Source: Rhynchopus sp. YZ270_cl-10 (lineage: Eukaryota). From it: DNA of 64,000 bases. Both the position numbers and the translations under genes were made by a program. Under the pieces are notes generated by a model. It ran no database searches. It had not been told where the DNA came from and saw nothing but the letters and a program-made list of their open reading frames with translations. Where the stretch lies: contig OZ037836.1 of the NCBI GenBank assembly GCA_964035575.1, forward strand, positions 1,736,001 through 1,800,000, written 5' to 3'. This document shows positions 10,421 to 21,820 of the stretch, piece after piece (position 1 is the first letter of the stretch; the number at the start of each line of letters is the position of its first letter).

Positions 10421-10755
10421 AAAATGGAATAAAAAGAAAGAAGTTGTGTTTAACCGTCAGAAGAAGTACCCCGCCCTCCTCAAATTCAAACCTTTGTTGA
10501 ACAAGATAAAACAAAAAGCTTGCGTTTCTTTTATCAAACAGATTTTATTCTCCGTCCGTACAGGAGTGTGATCTGTGTGAAGAAGCGTTCCAACTTTTCA
10601 ATATCCCTCATTTTTCTATTCGTGATTTTTTTCCCTATGTGAGTAAGAGAAAACCGAATGGAGTGGAAATGTAGCGTAGCGGAAACGATAGTGGGAACGC
10701 AACGAGCTTTTTTTCGTAATGTCTTATTCTCCCCCACAAAAATATCACGCGGAAT

Positions 10756-10805
10756 ATAACTCCTCTCGAAATAGTTCAATGTTGAACTATTTCGAGAGGA
10801 GTTAT
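10756..10805. repeat. Perfect 24-bp inverted repeat with 2-nt spacer
   Basis: ataactcctctcgaaatagttcaa-tg-ttgaactatttcgagaggagttat. Confidence 0.95.
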
Positions 10806-13457
10806 TATTTTTTTATACAAACAGTGTGACTGAGTATGGGGATGCGTTCAAGAATTAAACTCTTCCCCCCAAACCCTTTTTCATCTCTAGTTTCTTTATC
10901 CAAACGTCGAGTGGACGCGTAATAAGTTTATACAAACATACGAAGCGGTACGCGTACGGTTTGTAAGGAATGGGGACGCGCCCAATGAAAATCACGTCAG
11001 TAGAAAAGTTCGAGAATGTAGGTTTTATTATTTTCAAAAAAAGTGTGTGATCTGGGGTGAGGAAGCGTTCCAACTTTTCAAATATCTTCCCCATTTTTCC
11101 ATTCGCGATTTTTTTCCCCACCCCCCCATTATTAGAATCAACACGGTGTGTACATGAGTAAGATTTTGCTCTGCCACTGACACCCCCCATTTCTGTACTT
11201 CATGCAATAGTCTTATCGACACTTATCCGCTGTGTGCTGGAAACAAGAAGTCAATAAAAAATAAAGGAAATGAGTGTCAGTGGGTGTGTGCAATGCAAAC
11301 ATCTGCCGAGATGTGATCAAGTGGAACGGTTGGTATTTCGAAGCAGTCATGCAGACGCTATGCTTGTGAAAGGTGCTCCCCCCTTTCCACATAAGCATTT
11401 CCACGTCACCCCCCACTCCTCTTTCGTTGTCTCGTTTTTGTTTAGTTTTTGTTTAGTTTTTGTCTAGTTTTTGTTTAGTTGATACTTTATTGGATCAATG
11501 TAGCCGTCAAAAGATAGTTGTCACACGGCAGACAGTAGGAAAAAAAAATAAATATGGCAACCAGTGGCGCCCTATATCGGGGTGGTGGGGGGGATATCGG
11601 GGTGGTGGGGGTATACTTTAGAAGGACGGAGGTGTGATCTGGGGGACTGCCTTCTTGCAGTCAACGCAGGGAGAATAATCAACGATGTGATACAGGATAT
11701 GGGTGGTTCAGTGATTCCACAGAACCGACACCATTGATGTGTCTCAACCAAATTAAAAAAGAGAGAGTTTTTTGAAGTCAGGAAAGAAAATTTTGTTTTT
11801 GTTTTGTTTTGTAATTGCAATGCTTCACCCAGTTTTCAGGTACACTGCCTCGAGAGGGCTTTGTACTTCAGATTTTGCATCCCCCACCCATTCCCCATTT
11901 AGTGTGATCTGGGTGAGACAGCGTGGCTGTGTGACTGAAGTGACTTTTTGAGTTTTCCGGCGGATTTCGGACAAAACTTAAGTTTTTTTCTTTTTTGAAT
12001 GTATATTTTTTCCACTTCAGTTACACAGCCACACTTGGCTCACCCAGATCAGTTAGGTTATCGCCCTTTTTTATGGAAGCGAACAACAGACAACCTTAAT
12101 TTTTCCTCTTCCCGATTTTTATCCTTTTGAGCAACAAGCAAAGAGTAACGAGTCTCTCGAGCATTTTAAAGTAAGAGAAAACCGAGTAGAGGTGGCAACG
12201 TAGTGAGAGAGCGCAGCGGAAACGATAGTGGGAGATGCAGCGAGCTTTATTCACACACAGCGCGTCCGTTGTTTGCTTTTCTCAACGACACCTTTCTTTC
12301 AAATTTTTCCGGTATCACATATGATACTGTCTTTCCATGGATTGAACAAGATAAGCTCGCGTTTCTTTTATCAAACAGATTTTATTCTCCGCCCCGTACC
12401 CAAAACATAAATGCCACTTTTGAATCAAAAAAAAAAAATATTTTTTCGGTGAGATGACACTTGTGACATCTGGGGTGAGGAAGCGTTCCAACTTTTCAAC
12501 CTCTTCCCCAATTTACCTTTCGCGCTTTTTTTACCCTTCCCCGTTTTTAGAATCAACAGAGAGTGTACGTTAAGATTTCCTATGCTTTTTTCTTCCACAC
12601 GCGGTGGGTTTTTGTATTCTGCTAATTTTATCAAAGAGATTTCGAGTGCGAAACGTTTCTCCATGTATTGCACGGGAAACAATATGACAAACAGCGTGCA
12701 TATCGGAGAACCTGGCACCTTTGTGTGTCCCACAAAACCAAAAGCGTTGTGTGTGAAGTTTTGAAGGAAGGAAAAATGAAAACACATGAAAAGGAGTTCC
12801 GTGCTATTCACAGAACTCGATAGGCGATTGAGCTTATCTAACGACAACCAAAACAAAAGAAAGTACAAAAGAAGAATAAGAAATGCAGGAAAATCAGACA
12901 AAAGAGAAAAAAAAAACAAAGAGATTTTGACAAAAGGGACAATAAAATAGGTAAAAACACCCTCATTTTGTGCTCCTCCCCTTCTCACACATCACTTTCT
13001 GTTCTTCATTTCACTTTTTTATCTTTTCTATTTGGCGCTGTTTTTGTAAACATATCAGTTTTCAGAGGGGAAGCGATTGAGGTGGAAGCGTACTGTGAAA
13101 GAGAAAAGAGAACCCCGACGCAGGAGCCTTTTTATCGGAAACCGTTTTATTATCCACTAACACACAAAAACACTTGACAGGGAAACACATTTTCACACAA
13201 CATTTTTTGTTGTTCTTATCCTTTTTTTTAACCTTCTGCTTTTCATCTTTTTTTCAAAATGGACTGCCATGGTCAGGACCAGGCGTTGGAGAGCGTGAAG
13301 CAACGCAGTCGACGTGACGCACGCATGTCTGAGGAAGAATACTGTGGTGCTGGTTGGTCATATTCGTGATACGGTTTCTTGCAACTGTGACACATGGCCC
13401 TGACGGACGAGGTGCGCCAAGTTGAGCACAAACTGAAGGTGGTGCAGAACACGCTCT

Positions 13458-13880
13458 ATGGCATATGGCTTCAACAAGTCTACCCGTTTCCAGATGCTCA
13501 CAGCCTGCGGCTTCTTTATGATTTTCCGTTACATGTGTGACAGGGACGATGCCGCGCGCAACGACGGTGTGTGGTGGGACCTGTCCAGCAAACACAGGCA
13601 GGGTGGCTGTACAGCTACAAACATTGCGAACAGAACTTGGTTTATCGTGTGTGTTTTTACTTTGGCGGCCACACAGAACACTATGAAGCGAACGCGTCCA
13701 CGATGCTTGGGTCGAACTTCGGAGATCCGTTTCTCAGTCACTGTGGGGAAACCTGCAAACCATATGCGGTGGGTGCCGTCGAAGGTGACATTCCCGTTGC
13801 CTGTCATGCCTGTCATGATAGCAATACTGATGAGTGCCTCTGCACCTGTTGGGCATGAGGAGCTTTCATGGTACCATTGA
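13458..13880 (+). pseudogene. Coding-like island, possible MULE-type transposase relic
   Basis: GC-richer island; VWWD..~80 aa..VMI..LSWYH loosely resembles MULE D..D..CxxH spacing. Weak. Confidence 0.18.
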
Positions 13881-14570
13881 AGCATACATATCGCAGGGTG
13901 GCTTTGTTTCTTCTGCACTTGCGTCAAAAAAAACAGCAAAAACCTTGCGAACATGACTTTTGTTGATCTTGCATCGTTCGCGCAGGATAGACAGGACCAT
14001 CTTTGGTTCTCAGGTGTCAGACAAGTGTTACAGATATTTGTTCAGTGCGTACCTCGTGTGGCATGTCTTGGTACTGTTTCCCTGTGCTAGTCTCACTCAC
14101 ATTTGTGTTCCATGCGTAGGGTCCTTAGTTGGCCTGTGGACAGTTTTCTTGCACAGTGCGTACCAGTAGTGTGGCATGTCTTGGTCTTGATCTATCTCTA
14201 CTTTAGCAGCAAAAATCCTGCACTCCCTAGTCCCATCCTAGTCGCATACGCGAGTTTTCCTGGAAGCGCAGGAAAAATGACTCGGGAGTGTTGGTGGCTC
14301 CGTGACGCCACAGAGCCGGCACACTCGTTGAGTGCCTCACAAAACCTCAAATTTATTCCGCTTTGCTTTTATTTATTGTCTTCACGCATTGTTGGGTTGG
14401 GAAATAAAATTTTCTTTCCCCCCTTTTTTCGCTTGTTGTCATTCAACTGCACTTTTTCTTGATCCATGATCAGATGTGTGTGCACAGTGATGCACATATG
14501 CGTCTTTCGGATATCTTCATTTCTTTCGTACATGCGGCCACTTCGGCAGATCGAATTTACATTCATGTTT

Positions 14571-14960
14571 CTGAGGATGCACAGCACAGCAGCACAGCAG
14601 TGCGGCGCATTCCTCCAACTTTCTCTTTAGTGGTTTCGCGCGCTTTTTGAAAGCGCAATTGAAATAATCTGGTGATTCTTAGCAACACGAGGCTTAGCGT
14701 CATTACCCACCAACTTTCTTATTCCTTCTTTCTCTCTAGATTTTCTCTTCACAGTTGACCATTTCCCCTCCCCTGCTTTCTCTTCTTTGAACGGAATGAA
14801 TATAAAACTCATTTTTCCCAGATGCAAACACTCAATAGGTATCCAAATCGCCATGGTTCGGATCCACCCACGGTGTACTGGTCACGTACCAAAGGCACAC
14901 TTCTCACGAGAAGGCTTTGTATTTCCAACGTCATCTTTTCAGGTATGTGTACACACGAGA
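14571..14960 (+). repeat. ~390-bp direct repeat upstream of the lectin gene; second copy 17249-17640
   Basis: Near-identical ctgaggatgcacagcacagc..gtcatcttttca at an offset of ~2678. Confidence 0.9.
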
Positions 14961-15034
14961 ATCGTAATATTCATCACCAGGTTTTTCAACTTGAGAGACA
15001 AAAAAAAAAAAAAAAAAAGAACACACCAACTGAA

Positions 15035-15820
15035 ATGCGGGCGTTTCAGCTGTTAGCTCCGTTGCTCCTTGTGAGTGTTGATGTGACTGACGCTGCTGGG
15101 GATAAAGACTTGAACGGTGGCCAACGGCTGAACCCTGGTGAATCAATTACGACGACAAGCTCATGCAATGGCCGGGTGTTGTGGCTGATCTTCCAGACGG
15201 ACGGGAACCTTGTGTACTATGCACGCGACTCTGCCGGTGTTGTGAGCGTGCTCTGGGCCTCTGACACAGTGGCCGAGAACAGCGCAGACGTGGACGCTGC
15301 GGTGATGCAGTGGACGGACGGCAACTTCGTCATCTACGAGAAGGGTGGCATCGTGAGGTGGGACGCAGGGACGTACCCGCTGACGGACAACGAGTCCAAC
15401 TTCCTTACCGTGCACGCCGACGAGACGCTCTCAATCGGGAATTCGGTACACCCAAAGAAGTGGACGGCCGGTACAGCGTGCATCCGTGCACCAAGACCGA
15501 CTCCGTACCCGATCCCGGAGGTGCCAGGGTGCTATGAAGGCATGCTTGAACACCACCATCACAGACTCTCGAACGGGTTTGACTCCGAGAACATCGTATG
15601 CCAGCTCGGCTGCATTCGCAGCGGCTATGTGTACGCAGCCATCTACCAAGGCAGTGACTGCTACTGCGGCAACTCGCTCACCCTTAAGCAGCTCCCCGAT
15701 GACGTCTGTTTCGTTCGCTGCTATAGAAGCCAAGAACCCTGTGGAGGGCCAGGTGCCTCGACAGTGTTCTACGTCCACGGCGGTGGGCTCTTCAGTGCGT
15801 CGAAGACGAAGCAGGACTGA
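15035..15820 (+). CDS. Secreted bulb-type (GNA-like) lectin + WSC domain protein (~261 aa)
   Basis: Within ORF 14822..15820; ATG 15035 gives hydrophobic leader MRAFQLLAPLLLVSV. B-lectin QxDxNxVxY motifs QTDGNLVYY and QWTDGNFVIY. WSC pattern GCY..C...C...GYVYAAIYQGSDCYCGN..C...C.....PCGG. Confidence 0.85.
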   Translation: MRAFQLLAPLLLVSVDVTDAAGDKDLNGGQRLNPGESITTTSSCNGRVLWLIFQTDGNLVYYARDSAGVVSVLWASDTVAENSADVDAAVMQWTDGNFVIYEKGGIVRWDAGTYPLTDNESNFLTVHADETLSIGNSVHPKKWTAGTACIRAPRPTPYPIPEVPGCYEGMLEHHHHRLSNGFDSENIVCQLGCIRSGYVYAAIYQGSDCYCGNSLTLKQLPDDVCFVRCYRSQEPCGGPGASTVFYVHGGGLFSASKTKQD

Positions 15821-17683
15821 ATTGAAAAAGGTGGGTTTTTTTTGTGAAAAACCGTGTTGTTTTAACGTTTTATCGCTTCAAAGAAGTATCCATTTTACAC
15901 CTCCCCACCCTTTAGTTTATTGCATCTGCATGTTAGTGCTTTCAAGGTGTTTCTAGATATATGTGCATGCGAGAGATGGGGAAGAGATGTACATTCATTG
16001 TTCACGTGTTCCTTTTTGTTTTTTGTTTTTTGTTTTTTTTTCTTCTCGCTGTACTTTTGGTAGTGAGTTTTGTGTAACCATTTTTTTTTTGCGCAGTTTT
16101 TGTTTCACACAACAACATCTTTTTAGTTGTCATTACTTAAAATATTGGAGGCAGCGCTTTTAGGCATACAAAACGGAAAACCAAAAAAAAAAAAAAAACA
16201 TGCTTTAGAATTGACTGTTTGATTCACCTTGATTCACACACAACGCTAAATGCAGTTTCACACCTTTTCCACCTTTTTTTTTTTGTTTCGCCACAAACGA
16301 AAGACCCAATCTTTTTTTGTCGTATAGCTTTTTATAGTATATTTTGGTTATAGTGTCACTGTGTGGATTTTTTTATACAGATAGCTTAGTATGAGAGCTT
16401 CGTAGCATCTGATATGTCTTTTGTTTGGTGCACTTTCGTACCTTTTCTTTGAACCCGCAATTTCTTTTGAATATGATAAGGTGACTAAGCACGAGAGGCT
16501 TAGGGTCATCTCATAAACTTTTCTTTGTTTGTACAGCATGCTGTCCAGTCGAGCATTCGAAGTGCGTTCATTTTCACTTTGCTTTTATTTTTAACTTTCT
16601 TGCGAAGCCACCTTCCCACCCACAGATTACGGGATCCGGAACACCCACCAGCCGAGTTCTCTATACCCAACCCAACCCAACCCCTCCCTCCCTCCCTGAT
16701 CCTATTCCTGATCACACCCACTTTGTGACCTGTAGAAGGAGCAAGGTGTTCCCTAGTAAAGTGCTCACGGCACGGCACGTATTCTAATTACCCAGGTTTC
16801 CTGATTTTGCTCAAACGATGTGTGTTATGGCGTTTCCCTAATAACGTGTTAAGGTTTCAAGTAATGTGTTAATAACGTCATGGCATATAGGATGTTTGCT
16901 GTTTTCTGTTTTTTTGTTTTTTTTATTTCTGTTTTCCGTGGTGTCTTTTCATGCGCATCACTCCGGGGTTCGATAACCCGCGGAGTGTCAGTGCTCAGAG
17001 GCGTTTGCACTATCAACTTCACTTCCATGAGCTCCGTGGGGAAGAGATTCGCCTTTTTAGTTTCTTTCACTACCCAAGCTTTGCTTTCTTGTTCTGCAGT
17101 AGACGTGCGTGTCGCCGAAGCACATTTCATGTCTAAATATTTTGTTTTGTTTGTTTTTTTTTTATACCGGATCTTGTCTGCAGTCGTTTTTGCTCGAAAG
17201 CCATCTTTCGGACACCTTCATTTCTTTCTTACATTTATGTTTCTTTATCTGAGGATGCACAGCACAGCAGCACAGCAGTGCGGCGCATTCCTCCAGCTTT
17301 CTCTTTGGTGGTTTCGCGCGCTTTTTGAAAGCGCAATTGAAATAATCTGGTGATTCTTTGGCAACACGAGGCTTAGCGTCATTACCCACCAACTTTCTTA
17401 TTCCTTCTTTCTCTCTAGATTTTCTCTTCACAGTTGACCATTTCCCCTCCCCTGCTTTCTCTTCTTTGAACGGAATGAATATAAAACTCATTTTTCCCAG
17501 ATGCAAACACTCAATAGGTATCCAAATCGCCATGGTTCGGATCCACCCACGGTGTACTGGTCACGTACCAAAGGCACACTTTTCACGAGAGGGCTTTGTA
17601 TTTCCAACGTCATCTTTTCAGAGGTGTGTATACACGAGAGAGATGTAATATTCATCTGAGTTTTTTTTTTCATTTTTTGCAGT

Positions 17684-17759
17684 ACTCCAAATATCTTTGG
17701 CGTCCAATAACGTCGCCAAAATAGCAAAAACTCATTTTGGACGCCAACTTATTTGGAGT
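17684..17759. mobile_element. Small imperfect foldback / MITE-like relic
   Basis: actccaaatatctttggcgtccaa ... ttggacgccaacttatttggagt. Confidence 0.4.
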
Positions 17760-19430
17760 GCTATATTTATTTTTGCCATCTATGAACTCCTCTCCCTCTC
17801 CCTCTGCCCCCTGCCCATGACTCTGCTTAGATTCATCTTACTTCCTCCCCCCTTTTTTTCAAGGTGACTAAACACGAGAGGCGTCGGTTCATATTTTCAA
17901 CGTTTCTATTTTATTTTATTTGTGTACAAACATACGAAGCGGCACGGTTTGTAAGGAAAGAATACAAAAACCGAAAATGTTTGGGCGTTCTTCGTTTCGA
18001 ATGATTGGAATTGTGTGTGTAGTTCAGACATAAATACTGTCTTGCTCTTTTTTGGATGCGTCCAATGAAAACCACGTCGTGTAGAAGAGTTCAAGAATGT
18101 AGGTTTTATTATTTTCCACGCTCTGTGACGCTTTTTGACACCCTCCCTTGCACCCCCCTCTCGGGCCGTGCCTGCAAAGGTGCCCACATATACCCGCAGC
18201 GTTTCTCTCTATATTTTGATTTCTTTTTTTATAGATGGCACAGCTTGACATTGTGCCTCCATCTTTTTGTTTGTATATTTTCAGAGTTGTGAGTTGTGCT
18301 TTCATCCGGATGGCTGACACCGTATGTAAGTCAGTCGGGAGGTGCCTGCATCAACAGCTGCCGCTTTGTATTACCATTTCGAACCCTTTCCCCCTATAGG
18401 GTTTGTATTGTTTGCTTTTTAAAAAAAAAACACAAATACAAAGATGGGCGGTCCTCTTCTTTTATCCCTCCACATCACTTTATTTGATCGCGTTGATCGA
18501 TCGCATCCCACAGGCGAAACTCTCTGGGGTGGGGTGGGGTGGAATGCACCAGAAATTGCTGTAAGGGAAAAACAGGGAATTTTTTTCAGAGAATTTTGCC
18601 CCAGAAATCACAGTGTTTTTTTCTAGGATTCGGGGTTTTTGGCTGACGGGGTGCATAGGGCAAAAAAGTGCATTTTTCTCCCCCCCCGCGGTGAAACAAA
18701 AGAAGCGGTAGACATGGCACCCAAAGGTTCCGTGGCGAAGCCACGGTATGCAACATTTCTAAAAAATGTTGACATAAAATGGTACTGTTGGTAATTAACG
18801 TGAACAAGATAAAACAATAAGCTCACGTTTCTTTTATCGATCATATTCTCCGCCCCGTACCCAAAACGTAAACACCACTTTGAATCAGAAAAAATATTTT
18901 CCTCTCCTTTTTTCTTCCACACACGCTCGTTTTTGTATTTCGCTAATTTTTATCAAAAAGCTTTCCCTTGTTTCGAGTGCGAAACGTTTCTCCATGTATT
19001 GCACGGGAAACAATATGACAAACAGGTGCAGGGTGGTTCCGTGCATATCATAGAACCTGGCACTTTGTGTGTCTCCCAAAAACCAAAAGCGTTGTGTGAA
19101 GTTTTGAAGGAAGGAAAAATAAAATCAAAGTCAGTACTTTTTACTTCCATAGTTTGCTAAAATGAAAGTTTCTGGCGAAGCCACGGTACGCAACATTTTA
19201 AAAAATTGCGCTTAAAATTGCACATTTTTACTTCCAAACAGAGAAAAGTTACACTTACAGCACTCCCCTGTTGCAGACGAATCAACACACAACAAAAATG
19301 CCCAAAACTCATCACGGGGAAAAAATTCAGCACGGCCCCCTACGTAGCGCACACCTCGTCACTGAAAGAAGAAGACTTTGTTGGTGCTCCAGGGGGGGCC
19401 GATATTGACAGGTCGCTGACAGGTCGTTGC

Positions 19431-20541
19431 CATAGGGGGGGGTCATTTTTTAACGGCCCTTAGCGATTTTTTGGTGGGGCACACACACAGACACACGGTG
19501 GCCCATACGGACCCTCAGGGTACACGAAGTAACGGGTGTTACATGTGGTATTACATGTAACTTTTGTTACATGTGGTACAGGTGGCGAAATCAGGTAGTG
19601 GTACAATGGTTTTGGGGGTGGTTCTGGGCAGCTTTCGGCGGTGATTTCTGGTAAGACCTAAAAAATCCTCAAAAATCGTTGTGAAAATTATGGTGGGTGG
19701 GGTTTTTACACATCGACACATGTAACATGATCACATGTAACTATTACATGTAACTGTTACTTCACCGCCGTGTACTCCCCAAACCCGGGGTACCCCGCGC
19801 GGACCCTACACGACGGTGAAGTAAATGACATGTACTTAACAGGTCATTTCACCTGTGGCACATGTCACTTTACATGTAAAATGACATGTGGCTAACATGT
19901 AAAAAAAAAGTTACACGTAAATCACAATGTAAGGGGAAAATGGGATATACTCCGGACATGGATACCCACACAGAATACACGGTTACCCAGACATCTGTCA
20001 GGCAATCACTGATTCACTTCACACAGGTCGGGTAGGCGCTGCCTGCCCATCCTCTTTTTCCTGTCTGCTATCGATTCCAGGTTCACAACGTTCAGACGTT
20101 TAGTCAAAATGCTTTGGGTGATGACTCCTTTTGGGATACACAAAACCACACCAAGCGCGATCGCTGCTTCGGCAACGTGTCGAAATCAGCAGCGTCACAC
20201 AGCCCTGAGCCCCTCAAAGCTGGAGGTGATTTCTACTACCACAGCTGGTCTGTGAACACATTCACAGACCAGCTGTGAAGCGGCAAAGAGTCGTTCAAGC
20301 TGGGATGCACAAGATAGAACGTGATGTGGTGCACCTGTGCACCTGTGCACCTGTGTACCTGTGTACCTGTGTACCTGTGTACCTGTGTACCTGTGTACCT
20401 GTGTACCTGTGTACCTGTGTACCTGTGTACCTGTGTACCTGTGTACCTGTGTACCTGTGTACCTGTGTACCTGTGTACCTGTGTACCTGTGTACCTGAAA
20501 AAATGGCAAAGTACTATTAAAAAATGACCCTCCCCCCCCCC
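19431..20541. mobile_element. Non-autonomous TIR element 'a' with ACATGT-rich interior and 8-nt satellite
   Basis: Left ggggggggtcattttttaa vs right ttaaaaaatgaccctcccc; no coding capacity seen. Confidence 0.55.
20331..20497. repeat. (ACCTGTGT)n 8-nt satellite, ~21 units; second array 33939-34020, ~10 units
   Basis: Directly visible. Confidence 0.95.
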
Positions 20542-21248
20542 CACAGCAGAGAATAAGGTAGGGGGGGCCGGGGGCCGGGGGCCGGGGGCCGGGGACCGGG
20601 GACCGGGGACCGGGTTATTCTCAGCCGGACTGGGACACTATATGTAGAAAACAGTGGTGAAAATGCCCGAAAGTGGGAGGGGACCCGGGCGCGGGAGGGT
20701 GGGGGACCGGGACCAGTACCAGGTACTGGTCCCGGTCTCTGTCCCGGTCCTGGTCCAGGACCAGTACCAGGACTGGGACCAGTACCAGGACCGGGACCGG
20801 GACCGGGACCGGGACCAGGACCAGGACTGGGACCGATACCAGGACCGGGACCGGGACCAGTACTGGGACCGGGACCGGGACCAGTACCAGGACTGGGACC
20901 GATACCAGGACCGGGACCAGGACCAGGACTGGGACCGATACCAGGACCGGGACCGGGACCGGGACCAGGACCAGGACTGGGACCGATACCGGGACCGGGA
21001 CCGGGACCAGGACCAGGACTGGGACCGATACCAGGACCGGGACCGGGACCGGGACCAGTACTGGGACCGGGACCGGGACCAGGACCAGGACTGGGACCGG
21101 GACCGGGACCAGTACCAGGACTGGGACCGATACCGGGACCGGGACCGGGACCGGGACCAGTACTGGGACCAGTACCAGGACCAGGGACCGGGACCGGGAC
21201 CAGGGACCGGGGAGCGGGGACCGGGGACCGGGCTTATTCTCTGCTGTG
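20542..21248. mobile_element. Non-autonomous TIR element 'b' (perfect 16-bp TIR CACAGCAGAGAATAAG) filled with GGACCG-type hexamer satellite
   Basis: 20542-20557 is the exact reverse complement of 21233-21248; both flanks are C runs. Confidence 0.7.
20704..21232. repeat. Degenerate hexamer satellite (GGACCG/GGACCA/GGACTG/GTACCA/ATACCA/GTACTG)
   Basis: Directly visible. Confidence 0.95.
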
Positions 21249-21820
21249 CCCCCCCCGATATTGACAGGTCGCTGACAGGTCGTTGACTCATTTCCTATAG
21301 CACCATTTGTGCTATATTTTTCAAAACTCTCCATCATTTGTCACATAATATGTCGCCCACTTTTGCATGAGATAAATAGTTGGTTTTGCGTCCCAGGGTG
21401 GAGGCCAAAATTTTCCTCAACATCCGGGTTTGTAAAATTGACCCTTTCCCCCCCCCCAACATTGATTTCAATACTGTACCTTACTTTACCTACGGTTACC
21501 CTTACGGGGGGGGTGAAGGAAGGTTGTTGACAAGATAAAAGACACACACATGGAAAACACCATAACAGCCTTTTGACCCGATTCCTCTCCCGCCCACCCT
21601 CGGGACGGTACGGACGCAACCTTGAGGTGTCTGCACGTTCGCACATCCACTTTTATTACTCGAACCCACCCCATCCTGTTCCCCACCCCACCCAACCCAT
21701 ATCCATCATTCCACCATCAGGACCCAAGCCAGAGTAAGAGAGAGAGAGAGACGAAAGGAAGCGTCAAGCCGGGTGTGTGTCTTGGTGTCTTTGCCCTTGG
21801 AGGGTAGACACGAAGCAGCA

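Noticed and set aside
14822..15034. Upstream extension of the lectin ORF
   Set aside because: Lies in a duplicated non-coding block and a poly-A run; the signal peptide starts at 15035.
20195..20544. HRYTGTQV / CTCVPVYL repeat ORFs
   Set aside because: Translation of the 8-nt satellite.
20621..21337. RS-, DR-, GT- and VP-repeat ORFs (SR-protein-like)
   Set aside because: Stop-free hexamer satellite inside a TIR element, open in several frames on both strands.
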